This document shows positions 44,308-57,239 of a DNA stretch of 64,000 nucleotides, in pieces. How positions within the stretch are numbered: the stretch's first letter is position 1; the number at the start of each line of letters is the position of its first letter. The stretch comes from Raillietiella orientalis. Its lineage: Eukaryota. Below the pieces are notes generated by a model, which had not been told where the DNA came from, did not search any database, and was given only the letters and a program-made list of their open reading frames with translations. Made by a program: the position numbers and the translations under genes. The stretch spans positions 6,820,001 through 6,884,000 of the forward strand of contig JAYWIR010000001.1 in assembly GCA_036172245.1 (NCBI GenBank), in the 5' to 3' direction.

Positions 44308-46205
44308 AAAATGTCGTAATCAAAAGACAATTTAAGCAGCATATAAGCAACTCGTCCTTATAACCCAAGCATAATTTAAAATTAAATTCTGTTGTGGTTC
44401 CTGTCCTTCGTCCACCGTGTTGTTATTGAGAATTGGATCTAAAGCTTGTATTTGTGAGCCGTGAAAGTATTTTGCCGAAATACTTTGTCGATTCTCACTT
44501 TCTTCGGATCATCGGAATCATTGTTGAACTGTTAGTCGATTGCTTGCAGAATGGGATGGTTCAGTTTTTGAAATGAGGTGTTGCAAACTTTAAAGGAAAA
44601 ATGAAGGAAATTCTATCGTTTCCACAATAGCTTGGTACATGTAATTTTCATTGGATTTGAATTTTTGCTTTTCCATAAGTAAACTAACTAGTAATTCAGG
44701 TACAGATTCGTTAATTTTTGAAAGTGGTGCTTCATAATTATCTGACAGAAGTGGACATCATTAATTTGTGGATGCGAAAATTTGGCTTTCTGCATGTGGT
44801 TCACCTTGAGTTATCCTGTAAAAACCTTGAACTTCATGTCACACAGCAAAACTAGAAAATGCAATCTGAAGATTGCGTTAGGGCATCTGTGATTCTTGAG
44901 TTCATTTCTTGTGTAATCGCTCATCTCAATATTCTGTGGTGTATTCCTTGCCTCGTTTGATCCTTAAAATGATTTGCAAATACTGGGTAGACTTACCATA
45001 TGTATGTGTATGTTTACTGTTACTTCATGTGTTTCTGATTTGTTTCAATTTTTTTGTACTTTCTATAAGTGCAATTTCTTATTTGTATTCATGTAAAGAT
45101 TATGTACAAAATGAGTGCAGGGAAATATCGATACGACGATTTTTAGTAGAGTAAGCCTTTTTACTGTTGAATTGTGGATAACCCTAAATGAGAGTTATTC
45201 AATGGGACACAAATTCTTGAACAGATGATAAATTGATGTCTAAATGACTATGACAAATTTAATTGGATTATGTTCCAAAAATTACAAGTTGGAAAGCATA
45301 AAGCAATGAAGAAAACATGCTTTATAATTCTGGAGGAAGAATAAAAGGATCAGTAACAATTTGTATATCATATCAATGCTTCAAACATTAGAAAATTCGA
45401 AAGTAATGTAATATTAAAGTACACAAGTCCTCAGATCTTCATTTCTCATTCCCATTAATCAGTTGAAGTGGTCTGTCTCATCCGCAAAGTTTTCTGAGTA
45501 GACTGCAGATCCCCCTAAAGTCATTGTCTTTGATGCTGTTCTTAAATTTGAAAGAGGTGAAATATTTTTATGTTATATCAAGGCTAGCAATATATTCCCA
45601 AATATTATTATAGGCTATTATCTTCTACTTTCAGTGACCCCTACCTTTATATTCCTTTCCTATAGTGCATTGTAGATTTATTTAGTTCAAGTAAGTCCGT
45701 TGTAAGAGTACCATTAAGCCTGCGAAGTCATATGAGGCTTTCATGTTCTGTTTGCTGAAATTCCGTTCCAGTCAATACTGTCTGCAATATCTACAGTTTC
45801 AACATTGTTACACACAGTAATATAATTGAATTGTAACTATTGTCTTGTAACCACTTGAAGGCATGTGTTGACCAGGGTGTTTCATGAAGCTGTAACTATG
45901 TAAATGGATTTTTTGGTTCACATTTTATTGCACTATATGTGCTCCAGTTTTTTGTAATAGTGATTAGCACTTTAGAATTATACCCAGCAATGTAAATACA
46001 ATAAATGCATAAAAGATGTCACATCGTAAATTAAAGAGTGGTAAAAGTTATCTCACTTATTTACAGTTTTCGTTGTACCATAAAAAGATATTTGCTAAAT
46101 GGGAACATTAAATATAGATTTCATTGTGTACTGCTTAATATGGTCCATTTGTTTTCATCAGTTGCTTTGTTCTCCAAATAAATTTCTTTCTAGATTATAT
46201 TGAAA

Positions 46206-49200
46206 ATGGCAGAAGGAAATGGTGATTCAGTTGTACAGGACTCTGCTCTTGTTAAAGATGATCCCAATGATAAAAAGCATTCAAATGAATATTATTCCTT
46301 AATAGAGGCTGGTTTAAATTATGAGGTTGCTGCTAAATTAGAAGAATTATATTCCATTGGTTAGCAAGTTTTCTAATGTTTATGCATTTTTTTTAAAATG
46401 TATTTATTCATTCCTCAAATGTTCAAAATTTGATTTTCAGTTGTTAATTTTCATAAGACAATGAAATCACAAGTTTTATGTTGCTCACTGTTTCAGGGAC
46501 TTAAAAAAAGTATTTAATTTTTTGTGCAAGCATTTGTTTATTAAAAGAAAGAATTTGGAGAATTTTTTTTATAATGAACAATTTTTTAAGGAACTGATAA
46601 AAAAAACTAGTGAGCTCATTTTAATTCCCATATGCTTATTATTTGCCTTATGAATAAAACCATTGGTACATCACAACTTCAACATTTGTCTCTCTATGTT
46701 ATGTTGACTGTTGTGAATTATTTTTTAGCAATGCCTATTGTGTTTTTGCTTTTCATTCAATCTTTTTTTTTATTTCCCAGTGTGTTTTATTATGTATAAT
46801 TGCATTTGTAAGTATTATACCTTGTCCTCAATGCAAAGACTTTATAAACATCCAAAGAACTTCTCAAAATTTGATTGCTTTTGCATCATTTGCAGAAAGA
46901 ACAACAAAATTTCCATCTTTTATGGTTAAGAGAAAATCTTTTCAAGTGAATGAACAGATTGAATGAAGTTATGTGATCATAACTTTTTGTAATTGAGATG
47001 AAAATAATTAACCTTTGTTCGAGTTTTTTCTTTAATTGATTCTCTGTCAATATGGGAGACTATTGGAACTCAGAGATCCAGTGGTTTTGGTGTCCAAAAT
47101 TCAGGTTTTTAATACCTTGCAATGTATGTGTTCATGATTAAATTCATAGCATTCCAGATCTGATTATTAAAGAATCATAATTTGTAATGGCTATCTGATT
47201 AAACACTGATTCAAGCATTACGTCTATTTTGGAAGTATTTGAAAGCTAATCATTATTGCATTTAATTTGAATTGTGACCTTTATCAGTTGTCATAGATTT
47301 CATAAATCTCAAGAATAAAGGGATGTACATATTATCATCATCACTGTAGATGATCATTATGGTTTATTTATATATTCACAATTAGTTTGAGATCCTTAAA
47401 TTACTGTTTTTGGATTTTGGATGTATACTTTTACAGTTAACCTCTTTGTTTTCTTGACTATTGAGTTTTGTTATTTTTGGTTTGTTTCCTTTATTTTTTA
47501 GTTACCTTTATTCCTTGTGAATAGACTAACTATAACCAGATTAGCAGATTGTAACAAAGCCTGCATTTGCATAATGATATATGTATGAGCAGTAATATGT
47601 AAAATCAGCTGAACAGAATGTGCTCAATATTTGCTGACAGAAGCACACAGTTTAGTTCTCACCTTTTGTGAGAGCATAGAAGATATGTTGTGAAATTTGA
47701 ACTCAAGACCTTTTTGATCATCCATGAAACAGGAGTATTGTGTTGTGAATCAGAATGCAGAAAGTGAATAGTTAACTGTAATTGTAACTGTTTTGGATTT
47801 GTTTTTCTCATTTCTAGTTTTTGTTGAGTTTCGTTATTTTTATTGCATCTGTTATTCTATGGCATCAATTTGTTGCATTACATTTCATGATTTTATCACA
47901 AATAGGAATGTCAGTAGAATGCGATATGTTGAGGAGTCCAGATTGAATTAACTGCTCGCTGCATGAAATAATAGGAGTTAATGGGTAAACGGAGAAGATG
48001 TTTGTATTGCATGTTTTAAGCACTGGTAAATTATTTGATGAAAGTAAGCTGAACTGCAAAGGCTTAGAGAACGTGATGAGAAATTTTAGCCTTTTTATGG
48101 GCATTTGCTGGAATCATGAGGCTTTTTAAGATCTCTGGCTTTATGTTTGTAGGTAATTGTGTTGATATGATATTCACACTTTTATCATTTTCCATTGAAA
48201 GAGTTATGAATCATATAGTTTTTAGTGGTAGCATTTGTAATGTTTGTTTTGTAACAAAAATATGGTTTGCGAAGTTTTTGAATTCGTTTTCTTGAAAAAT
48301 GCATTGAAAATGCTTGCATGCATTGGAATTCATTTTCAATGAAGTGCATGTTGTCAGCTCTTAGCTCTTTCAAATGCTCAAACAGTGATCCTGCTTCAGA
48401 GTAATCATAATGGCTTTCTTATTTGGTTTCACAATTTCTTATTTGTAGATGATTTCATTTAATGTAATGTCTGAAGAAAGCAATAATGTTGGGCAAAAGG
48501 GAATGCAGGAAGAGATGTTCGTTCACTTAAAAAAGATTTTTATGGCATAAAAATGGAACAATTCCCAAGTACTTTCAAAATAAGAAATGCAGTTTTAATT
48601 TGTACTCTCATTTGTGTTTTATTTTGATTCCTACATCCAGATTTTTATCAGCTTTGATTACTGCATTTTTTTCAGCAACAATAACAAAATGAACAATTGT
48701 TTTAAGTAGACAAATATGTGTGTGTATTGTATATATTTTTTATATTGTCTTGTTAGCTATGTAGTTTTTTTTCTTTAGGAAAATTGGTTCATGAAGATTT
48801 GGATGACAGAGCAATGGATGCTTTGAAAGATCTTAATGTTGAAGGTGCCTTAAGTGTTTTGAAACAATTTCTTGATTGTAATTTGGAACATGTATCGAAT
48901 AAATCTGCCTATCTTTGTGGAATGATGAGAACCCATCGACAAATGAGCCGATTGCAGTCTAATCCAGCTCATAATGTCAAAGGTCCTGATGAAAGCAAAA
49001 TTAGGGTAGAGTACAGATGTCATTCAGTATACATTGCTGTTAAACTTTTAGCTCATTTTAGAAAGAACAGGATATTCATTAGATGTAACTACAGGTCAGA
49101 GAAAATATGGTGGCCCTCCTCCCAATTGGGATGGACCTCCTCCTGGGAATGGATGTGAAGTGAGTTTCTGCAAGGATTAATGCCATTTCAGTTTGGTTAT

Positions 49201-52200
49201 TAACTAGGTATTCTGTGGTAAAATACCCAAAGATATGTATGAAGATGAATTAATTCCTTTGTTTGAAAAGTGTGGTCTTATTTGGGATCTCAGGTTGATG
49301 ATGGATCCTATTACTGGACTGAACCGAGGGTATGGTTTTGTCACATTTTCTAATAAAGAGAATGCTATTGAAGCTGTAAAACAGGTCAGATGATGCCTTT
49401 CACCTGAAGGTGCTATTAATGATTTTGTTTTTTAGTTGGATAATTATGAGATTAGAAAAGGAAAAACTCTTAAAGTCAACATCAGTGTCCCAAATCAGAG
49501 ACTTTTTGTTGGAAACATTCCTAAATCCAAAGGGAAAGAGGAGATTCTGGAGGAATTTGGCAAAATTAGTGGTAAGTACAAAGTTATGCAACTGATAAGT
49601 GATAGAACCTCAAATTTCTTTTTAGGTGGTCTTTCAGATGCTATTATTTATAGTAGTCCTGATGATAAAAAGAAGAATCGTGGGTTTTGTTTCTTAGAAT
49701 ATGAATCTCACAAGGCTGCCTCTTTAGCCAAACGCCGACTTGGTACTGGACGTGTCAAAGTATGGGGCTGTGATATTATTGTGGATTGGGCAGATCCTCA
49801 AGAGGAACCTGATCAAGAAATTATGTCCAAGGTAGAGTTTTGAATTCATTATCTGTCTTCATTGCTATGAATTTTAATGATTATACATTGTGATGACATT
49901 ATATCAAATTGTAATCCTTAATCATTAAAGGCAGTCTTCCGAAAACAGTTTTCAAACTTGAATCATTGTCTTGTTTAAAAGTGCCATTCCATCACCTTTC
50001 TCTCATTTGACTTTTCTTGATTTCCAAGTTTGTGTCAGTTGCTTAGATACAGTTTTATCTACTGGCAGATTGCTTTAAATGTCTTGTGATTTTGATTCAT
50101 CCTTCGAAGTTTCATCTTATTTTCCCATTAAATTTCGTTGTGTTATGTAATGAATGTTTTTGTACCATTCATTACTGGCTGTTGGACCATTTCCGTTACG
50201 TTTGATGCTTATATAAAAACAGTATTCTGTATTTTTGAAGTTTTTCTATCCTACATTATAGCAAGTGTTTCATGAAGTGGTCTCCTCCCTTTTAATTTAT
50301 CTGTTTGAGAATTAATACTGGTAAATATATCAAACATGGAAGCTGGAAGCATGCTAGATCGCAAAATTTGTGTTGTATGCTAGAACTTTGTGACAAAGCA
50401 TTAGTTTCATTAATGTATGATTTTTCTTATCCTTTGCAAGTTTTTTGTTTATTCTTTTTTATAAATTTTCAAGCGCCATCTATCTGCTTTGAAAGAAACT
50501 GGTAAATCAGTGGTATATGAATTAGTGTGAATGATAATGTGTATTAGCCGAGAACTTTAATAAAAATAATAAAAATGGATTTCCTTCATCCTATATTGAA
50601 ATTTTGATGTACAAAATAAAGTGAATCGAAACCAGTCGAATGCTTGTAATTTAATTGGTAGGTTGTAATTTACTTAATTTGCATTTAGTTATTTTGCAGT
50701 TGTATAAAAAATAATTGTAGAAATTCTTCCATTATTTGCATTTAATATCACTTCCATGAGATACTGCTATATATCTGGCTAATAATCATTAGGAAGCATG
50801 AATAGCATCACTAAAAGAGTCCAAGAAACTCGCATCCCCTTTCTCTCTACGTTTTTTGTCGTTTCCCCTTCCAGATTATGACTAATGGTAGTGATTAGTT
50901 CTTTGATGATTGCTTATCTCCTGGTCTGTTTCCTTGTGACTTTTTGTATTTGCTTTTAACAGGTCCCATATCGTACTATATTTAATATGTATTCATATGT
51001 ATTTAATTGAAATTATTAGTTGCTTTTATTCTTTCCTTGATTGTGTCACATGTGTGGAAAGGATCACATTTAAGATTTCAACATTGAACTCATAAGATTA
51101 AAGAATAATGAAGTCATCAAAAATCAAAAACTATTGGCATGATAACATTTTTCGTTGTATATATTCGTTGCAAGTAATTTTTCGGAAGTTTCCATTCAGA
51201 GGTTAAAGTCCTTACCCTCATAGTTATTGGAGGCACTGTTGTTTGAAAGTATAATTCTTGATGTCTAATAGTAGTCTTTTCAGGTAAAGGTTTTGTATGT
51301 TCGAAACCTGACTCAAGAAGCCACAGAGGAACACATCAAAGAATGCTTTGAAGCCTTTGGCAAAATCGAGCGTGTTAAAAAAATTAAAGATTATGCTTTT
51401 GTGCACTTTGAAGATAGAGAAGCTGCTTTGCAAGTAAGTTGAGCATGTAGAACGTACTCATATGTATAGGCCATGAGCGAGCTTCAGGCACACCAAGTAG
51501 GTGGAGCACCTATTGAGATCTCTCTGGCAAAGCCACCTTCTGATAAAAAAAAAAAGGAAGAGATGTTGCGGAAGAGAGAAATGAGAATGATGCAGATGCT
51601 TACACAGAGGGGAAGGTAGGACTGAAAGCATCATTTAACTGGATTGATGTATTTTATGCAGTTTAGTCCCCCCTGCTCATGGTCGAAACATGGTGCGAGG
51701 ACTGTTAGGTCGAGGGGATTATGGTAAGTACAATGGTGGCTGCATGGAGGAATGGCCTGCCACGGCAGCTGGTCTCCCCACTGACTACTTCTTCAATTAT
51801 TGGTTCTGTTACTGACTCCACTCTCATAGTTTCTTGCTCCCAGTTTCTTATATTTCTTGACATCCTGATTATGTTGTACACAGTTCAAATCCTGAAGTCC
51901 TGGTTCCTGCACCTGTCAGCACTTTTACCAGAATCTGTGCTGCCATTTAGATCAATAAATCTTTCTGTACAGCTATGCGATTATTGACTCTTTCTAGGCT
52001 ATGATTACAATTATCATGGATATGGTCATTTGCGTCATGGATACGGGCATCCAGCTTTGGGACAGTTGTATCGTTATGAGGCACTGTACAATGGATTTAT
52101 GGCAAGCTCTTTGCTTCCTTTTAGAGACAAGTTTTCATCTTCTGTGAGTTATTTGCTAGTATATCAGTTGGGCTGGTTAGCATGGGCTTCTTGAGAACAT

Positions 52201-52446
52201 TTCAACCAGAGGCATGCAGTGTAGCTGTTGAGGCTGGTGAGCACCATCTAATATTGACTTCTTAGGGAAGACATGGTTACAGCCAACAGCCTGTATTCAG
52301 CCACATCACACGAATGGCCATAAACAGGGTACCATTTCGTGCAGGGATCAGAGGTAGAGGAAATCCTTCTGGTCAGTTATTCCAATTTGGGGGGAATACT
52401 AATATCATATATTCATGTAATAGGTCCTTGGATGTTACCAAGATAG
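46206..52446 (+). CDS. SYNCRIP: hnRNP Q/R (Syncrip), acidic N-domain plus three RRMs
   Basis: Exons 46206-46359, 48779-49005, 49052-49159, 49208-49384, 49436-49571, 49626-49831, 51284-51433, 51470-51615, 51662-51723, then 51998 onward. Motifs [68 protein letters not shown]. Exon structure and stop after ~52100 are uncertain. Confidence 0.93.
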
Positions 52447-54244
52447 AGACAGCATTTGAAACAGCCAGAATAAGGGGGAAGTGAAATTGATTGATGCTAG
52501 GTCGATAGCTTTTCGTGTCTCCGACTTGCAAAGCATTGGTCTTTTGAGCTTGCAAGCCTTGCTCTTTAAAGTTGCTATGCAGGCATACGGATACTCATAG
52601 GATATGCATTACTAAGTGCATAGTGTGGTCAAAGAACTCCTCCCATACATAAATTTTACATTCCTTGATATATTTACCAGTATTAACTCCCAAAATATTG
52701 CTTTAATTTCTTCCCCCAATCTGGAATTATGTTTCAGGATTTTATTGTTGTCAAAATTTTCTTTAGCTCAAAAATCCATTTAAACTTGCCCTTTTTTAAC
52801 TATAAACTTCTGCGAATCGACGCAAACCATCTAATTTTTGAGTTATGTTAAGATACATCGTCATGCACATTGATTTCTTTTGTCCACAAACCAACGGAAG
52901 CGTCGTGAACGAATTGTAGGTGCTATTACATTGATTGGATTGGTTCAGTAATGATAGTAGTTAAGAATAGTAGAAAATAAAAGCTCGTGTGAAAAGTGTC
53001 CAACAGTTTTCAGATGGAATCAGAATTCACCCATACGTGGTTACTACCGTGAATCAATGAGCTTAGGAAGAACTAGAAAGCAGCAACCGAACGAGTGCTA
53101 ATTAAATATGCGCAGTTTATTCTCTTTACATGGCTAATTGTAATGGTAGTAGTGAGTTGTATACTTTGCCCTATCCAATTGAGAATACGGTTTAAAAAAA
53201 AAAGTTTGTTCACAATATGCGTAAATATAAAAATGGTTCCACTCATGATACTTGGACTGTTTTTATGGAAATCTCTCAAGTGGATCACGTGGGAAAATGT
53301 ACGGTTAATTACTGAAAATTATCTCGAACGAATTGGCCAAGAAAAAGAATATAAGTGAGCATTTTTTTTTTTTTTTGATATGTTCCCGAAAGAAATCCAG
53401 TCAGCAGTTCCGAAGAAAAAGTTTTCCACCGGCTAGCAAGAGTTTTTAGGACATGTTCTGAAATAAAAGTGGAATTTTCTTGTCTGTGGTCAGTTTCCTT
53501 TTCCAATCTTTACGAACGGAAAATCCTTTTTTTTTGTTGGTTTGAAGTCGAACAGATTTGAGAGGAACTTTGAGAAAGCCGTCCGTCGTTGCAGCTCCGT
53601 AATCTTGAAACGTTTGCTCCGGAAATGATTTTATTTATGTGAGAGAAAGAACAGAAATCGAGTGATTCAACGATTCAATACGATTACCCGTACGGAAGTA
53701 ACCGCGGTCTGAGACGAAAGACTGTGCTTTTATTTTGCGCCTGCGTGAATTTCAGGAAACCCCCCGAGGTCGTCGCCGTCCCACCACAGTTCTTTGCGGT
53801 GGTACTCGCGCGGCACGAAAGTGTGCCTCCGTTGGCGACAAGTGCTGGTGGATGTTTCCGGGCACAGTGGATGGTGGTGGGTGGAGAACCCTCCACCCAG
53901 CAGTGTGTGCGTCTTTCCCCATCACTTCTGCCTTCTTAGCTACGCTCCCAAAGCATCGTCCGCGGGGGGGAGCGCTGACGCAGGTCACGGTCAGCAAACA
54001 CAAAAATGTGACGCTTCTGGAAATTTGTGGATTTGCGTGTGCACGCGTATATCCAAAGGTCGACCGAAACGGTCCTTCGAATTTCGAGGGAACGTATGCT
54101 TGCAGGTCAGGCGTGGCAGACACTCTTTCCAGCGTCTTTTGGGATAAAATCACGCAGGAGCATTCGTAAGCATTCTTGGGTATGTATGGGCAAGTTCGCA
54201 TTTGAAGGTGACTTGTGCGGACTTACGACATGAAAAGTCGGTAT

Positions 54245-55348
54245 GGCCCGCGTCGGAGGCCTTAGGCCGAGGTTTAGGCTTCCGCGTGTGGCACCATGCG
54301 TCGCGGGTTCGAACACTTCGGCAGAAACTCTGACGCCACTGCGTCGTCGGATTCCGAGTTTCTCCTGCAATGGCGCTGGTTGGCTGAGACATTCGGGCGT
54401 GCCACAGGCGGTGGATTAAGCCGGAGGCCCCCGATGAAGGCCGGAACAAAGGGAAATTGATCTTCGGGTCTTCCCAGGAATAAAGGAGTGGGGAGTTCCC
54501 CCTCCTGTCGTGCAACGGAGAGCGGACCCCCGTCACCGGGGGACCTCTCCGGTTTCAAGATGGAGCAGGAGCCCTCACGGACACCTCTCCAGTTGTTCAA
54601 AGGAGCGGACCCCCCTGTTGGGGGGTCCCTCCGAGTCGTCGCCTTTTCACAGAGGAAGGAAGCGAGAGCGATTCCCTGCGGGAAGCTGCAGCGCCCCTTC
54701 TGAGTTTTGGAAGCGTCCCTTTGGGGTTTTCTTCAGAGGAGTGAACAGGAGCGGTTCCCTTGCGGGTTCCCCTCCGGAGAAGAAATTCCTACAAGCGGAT
54801 CCTTTCCGGGTTCCCTTCGGAGAAGAAATTCCTACAAGCGGATCCTTTCCAGGTTCCCTTCGGAGAAGAAAAAATGGAGAGGACCACCCCCCCGCAAGGG
54901 AGGGTGTCCCTCCGGAGAGAATGAGGAAGGAGATTCCCTTCGGGGTTCCCCTTCGGAGACAACCAGGGTGGGAGGTGCGATCCCCCCCCCTTCCGGGGGG
55001 ATCCCTCCCCAAGCGTGAGAGGAACGGACTCCGAGCCCTTCCTGGATTCATAGGGCGGACCCCCATTCCGGGGTGCCCCCTATCCTGAAGAATTACACGC
55101 CCTTCTGCGGGTTGCCGCGGGCGTAGGGACGTGGAAACAAAACAGTGTGTTTAAAACGAGCCACGTGCGCCGCGAGGCACGCGACCGGCTCTGAGGTACT
55201 TAGCGAACCAAAAAAAAGAAAACTCTTAAAAAAAGAAAAAAAAAGCTGAAAGAAAAACAGCGAAAAAAGAACCCAAGGATCTCCATCGTCCTAGGCCAAT
55301 AGTAACGATCTCCTCGTGGGGGTCGCTACTGGCCTTTTATAAAAAAAA
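54245..55348 (+). mobile_element. Full-length ~1.1-kb tRNA-headed SINE-like retroposon
   Basis: Starts GG; A-box-like TAGGCCGAGG and B box GGTTCGAAC; 3' hairpin ~55293-55335 then an A run; 12-bp TSD AAAAGTCGGTAT (54233-54244) / AAAAGTTGGTAT (55349-55360). Confidence 0.8.
54775..54870 (+). repeat. 43-bp tandem repeat, ~2.2 units, inside the SINE body
   Basis: CGGAGAAGAAATTCCTACAAGCGGATCCTTTCC(G/A)GGTTCCCTT starting at 54775 and 54818, partial at 54861. Confidence 0.95.
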
Positions 55349-56199
55349 AAAAGTTGGTATCGAGAAACGTAATAAAAAATTCAGCACTCTAAAACTTATG
55401 CTGAAGGATGCGTCACGCAAAAATAATATTCCCACTTAGAATCACAAAAGTATGCAGAAGGTCGTCAAGCCAAGGGAGCAAACTGTGAACACGTGAGTTT
55501 GGACCATCTGAAAAGAAGATCAGGTACGCGTGCAAGGGCGTCGACTGACTTGACCTGATATGCAGAGTGGTGGCAGCAGAGGGCATCCCTCTGAACTTCA
55601 CAACGGAAACTACGTGGCATTTAGTTCATTAAGCTTCCTTCCTATCCCTAATTCCCTTCTGGACTAAGCGAACATTACTGAACATATCGCAAATGCACGC
55701 ATCGCATTTCATATAGCTTTAGGGTAGAAATATTTAATTTTCTAAACATCAAGGAACAGTTATTGCGTGAGAGCACTGGGCGCGTTGATTCGTTTCCCTT
55801 CAGGAGTCCCAGCCATCTTTGAATGCTCCGTCTGTTTTCGGTATTCGTAAACAAACAACATATTGAATGATTTTGATGTGATGCTTTGTATCAGAAAAAA
55901 GAAAAAGTTTCCTCTCCTCCAGAAGATTATACGACCCGACAGATGGTGCAATACTTTCAATACATGCATGCCAAGCTTTCATGGATGATCCGAAAATTCT
56001 TTAAACAAATCGAAAGTCCGTTCCTCATCAACTTGGATGCTAGATTTCCAAGTTCATTACAGAACGTCTAGTATGCAATATGTATCACAATTCGATTTGG
56101 TTACGTTTACAGAAACTTATCACCCAATCACGCCGGGGCGTTTATTCTATAAAAATGAACAAACTGTCCTTTGACTTTGTCTGGGAACCGAGTTCCCAC

Positions 56200-57239
56200 C
56201 CCAAAGTCAAAAGATGTTCAAGGGGAGGGCTCCCTGACACGCAGATCGGGCATTCCGGAAATCCAGAGCGGGAAGGAGGGGAGTAACTATAAAAAAAATA
56301 AAAACACGGAGGGTGAGGACAGAGTTTTTGGTATCGGCCGTTCCTTCCTTTCAGGACCGGCGCCGAATGCCGGCGATGTCCTTCCTTACTTCTTTAAGTT
56401 GAGACACCTAGCAGCCGTACTCATGTTGGCAGCTGCGATCCAGATGACCTCCCTCACGACTTGCGTCTCCATCACGTTCGGGCCCATGATGATGGCGCGG
56501 ATGCAACAGATCGTTGCGACGACCGCGCCGAGCGAGAGGCAGCAACCGCCGCATCACGTCGACGGCGGTGTCACTCTGGTGCAGGAGCGCTGAAAGCAGC
56601 TTCCTCCATAGTTCTTGGAGTCGAATAGCAGGTGCAGGAGCGATTCCATCGCCCCGCACCTTCTGCAGTTCGGGATGGGGGGCGACTCCTGTGGAAACCA
56701 GGTGCGCGCACTGAATGCAATGGAAACCCCAATGCAACAACAGCATCACATCCTGCTTCCAACGAAGAAGGAACGCGGAGGTGTTCAAACACGAGGGAGG
56801 GGCACAAGTTCTTCGAGGGGCACACTCAACAGTTTGCTCCACCGAAGGAGTCCGTTCGCCGAGTCAGGAGGAGCGGCGGCGTTTGCCAGCCCGCTCGTCT
56901 TCCAGACGCCCAAGGGTCCGGTTTCTCCAGCAACCGTGCAGGAGCCCTTCCACCCCACTGGTAGGCAACTTGCCCTTAGGGCAGACAGCGCTGCGGCAAG
57001 GGGCGTGGCAGCCGGGCGACTCCACTTGTCCTGGTCCTGAAACACATCTCCCAGTGGACGGCTTAGGTGAAGCTGCAGGCTCCGAAGTTCCGCTGGCGGC
57101 ACTTCTTGGTGGCAAATCCGAAGGATGACGCCTCCTGCCATCGCCACGTGTTGAAGTTCTCTGGGCGGCAGGAGATCCACGAATGACATTTCAGGATCGA
57201 GGACTGCTTCCTCACTGGGCAACCGGATCCTCTCGTGGC
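56200..57239 (-). mobile_element. Tx1/L1-type LINE 3' fragment, near-identical to 860-1842
   Basis: Direct repeat at constant offset 55397; only four substitutions found by eye over ~980 bp. Confidence 0.95.

Larger units (their letters stand above)
54180..56200 (+). mobile_element. Degenerate hAT transposase remnant, interrupted by the SINE; paralog of 1-815
   Basis: 'YSHLESQKYAE' (BED end), 'DLICRVVAAEGIPLNF', 'ITERLVCNM' (cf. VTDNAxNM), 'LITQSRRGVYSIK'. Confidence 0.5.

Noticed and set aside
54775..54870. 43-bp repeats as a CRISPR array
   Set aside because: Units are adjacent with no spacers, the context is eukaryotic and there are no cas genes.
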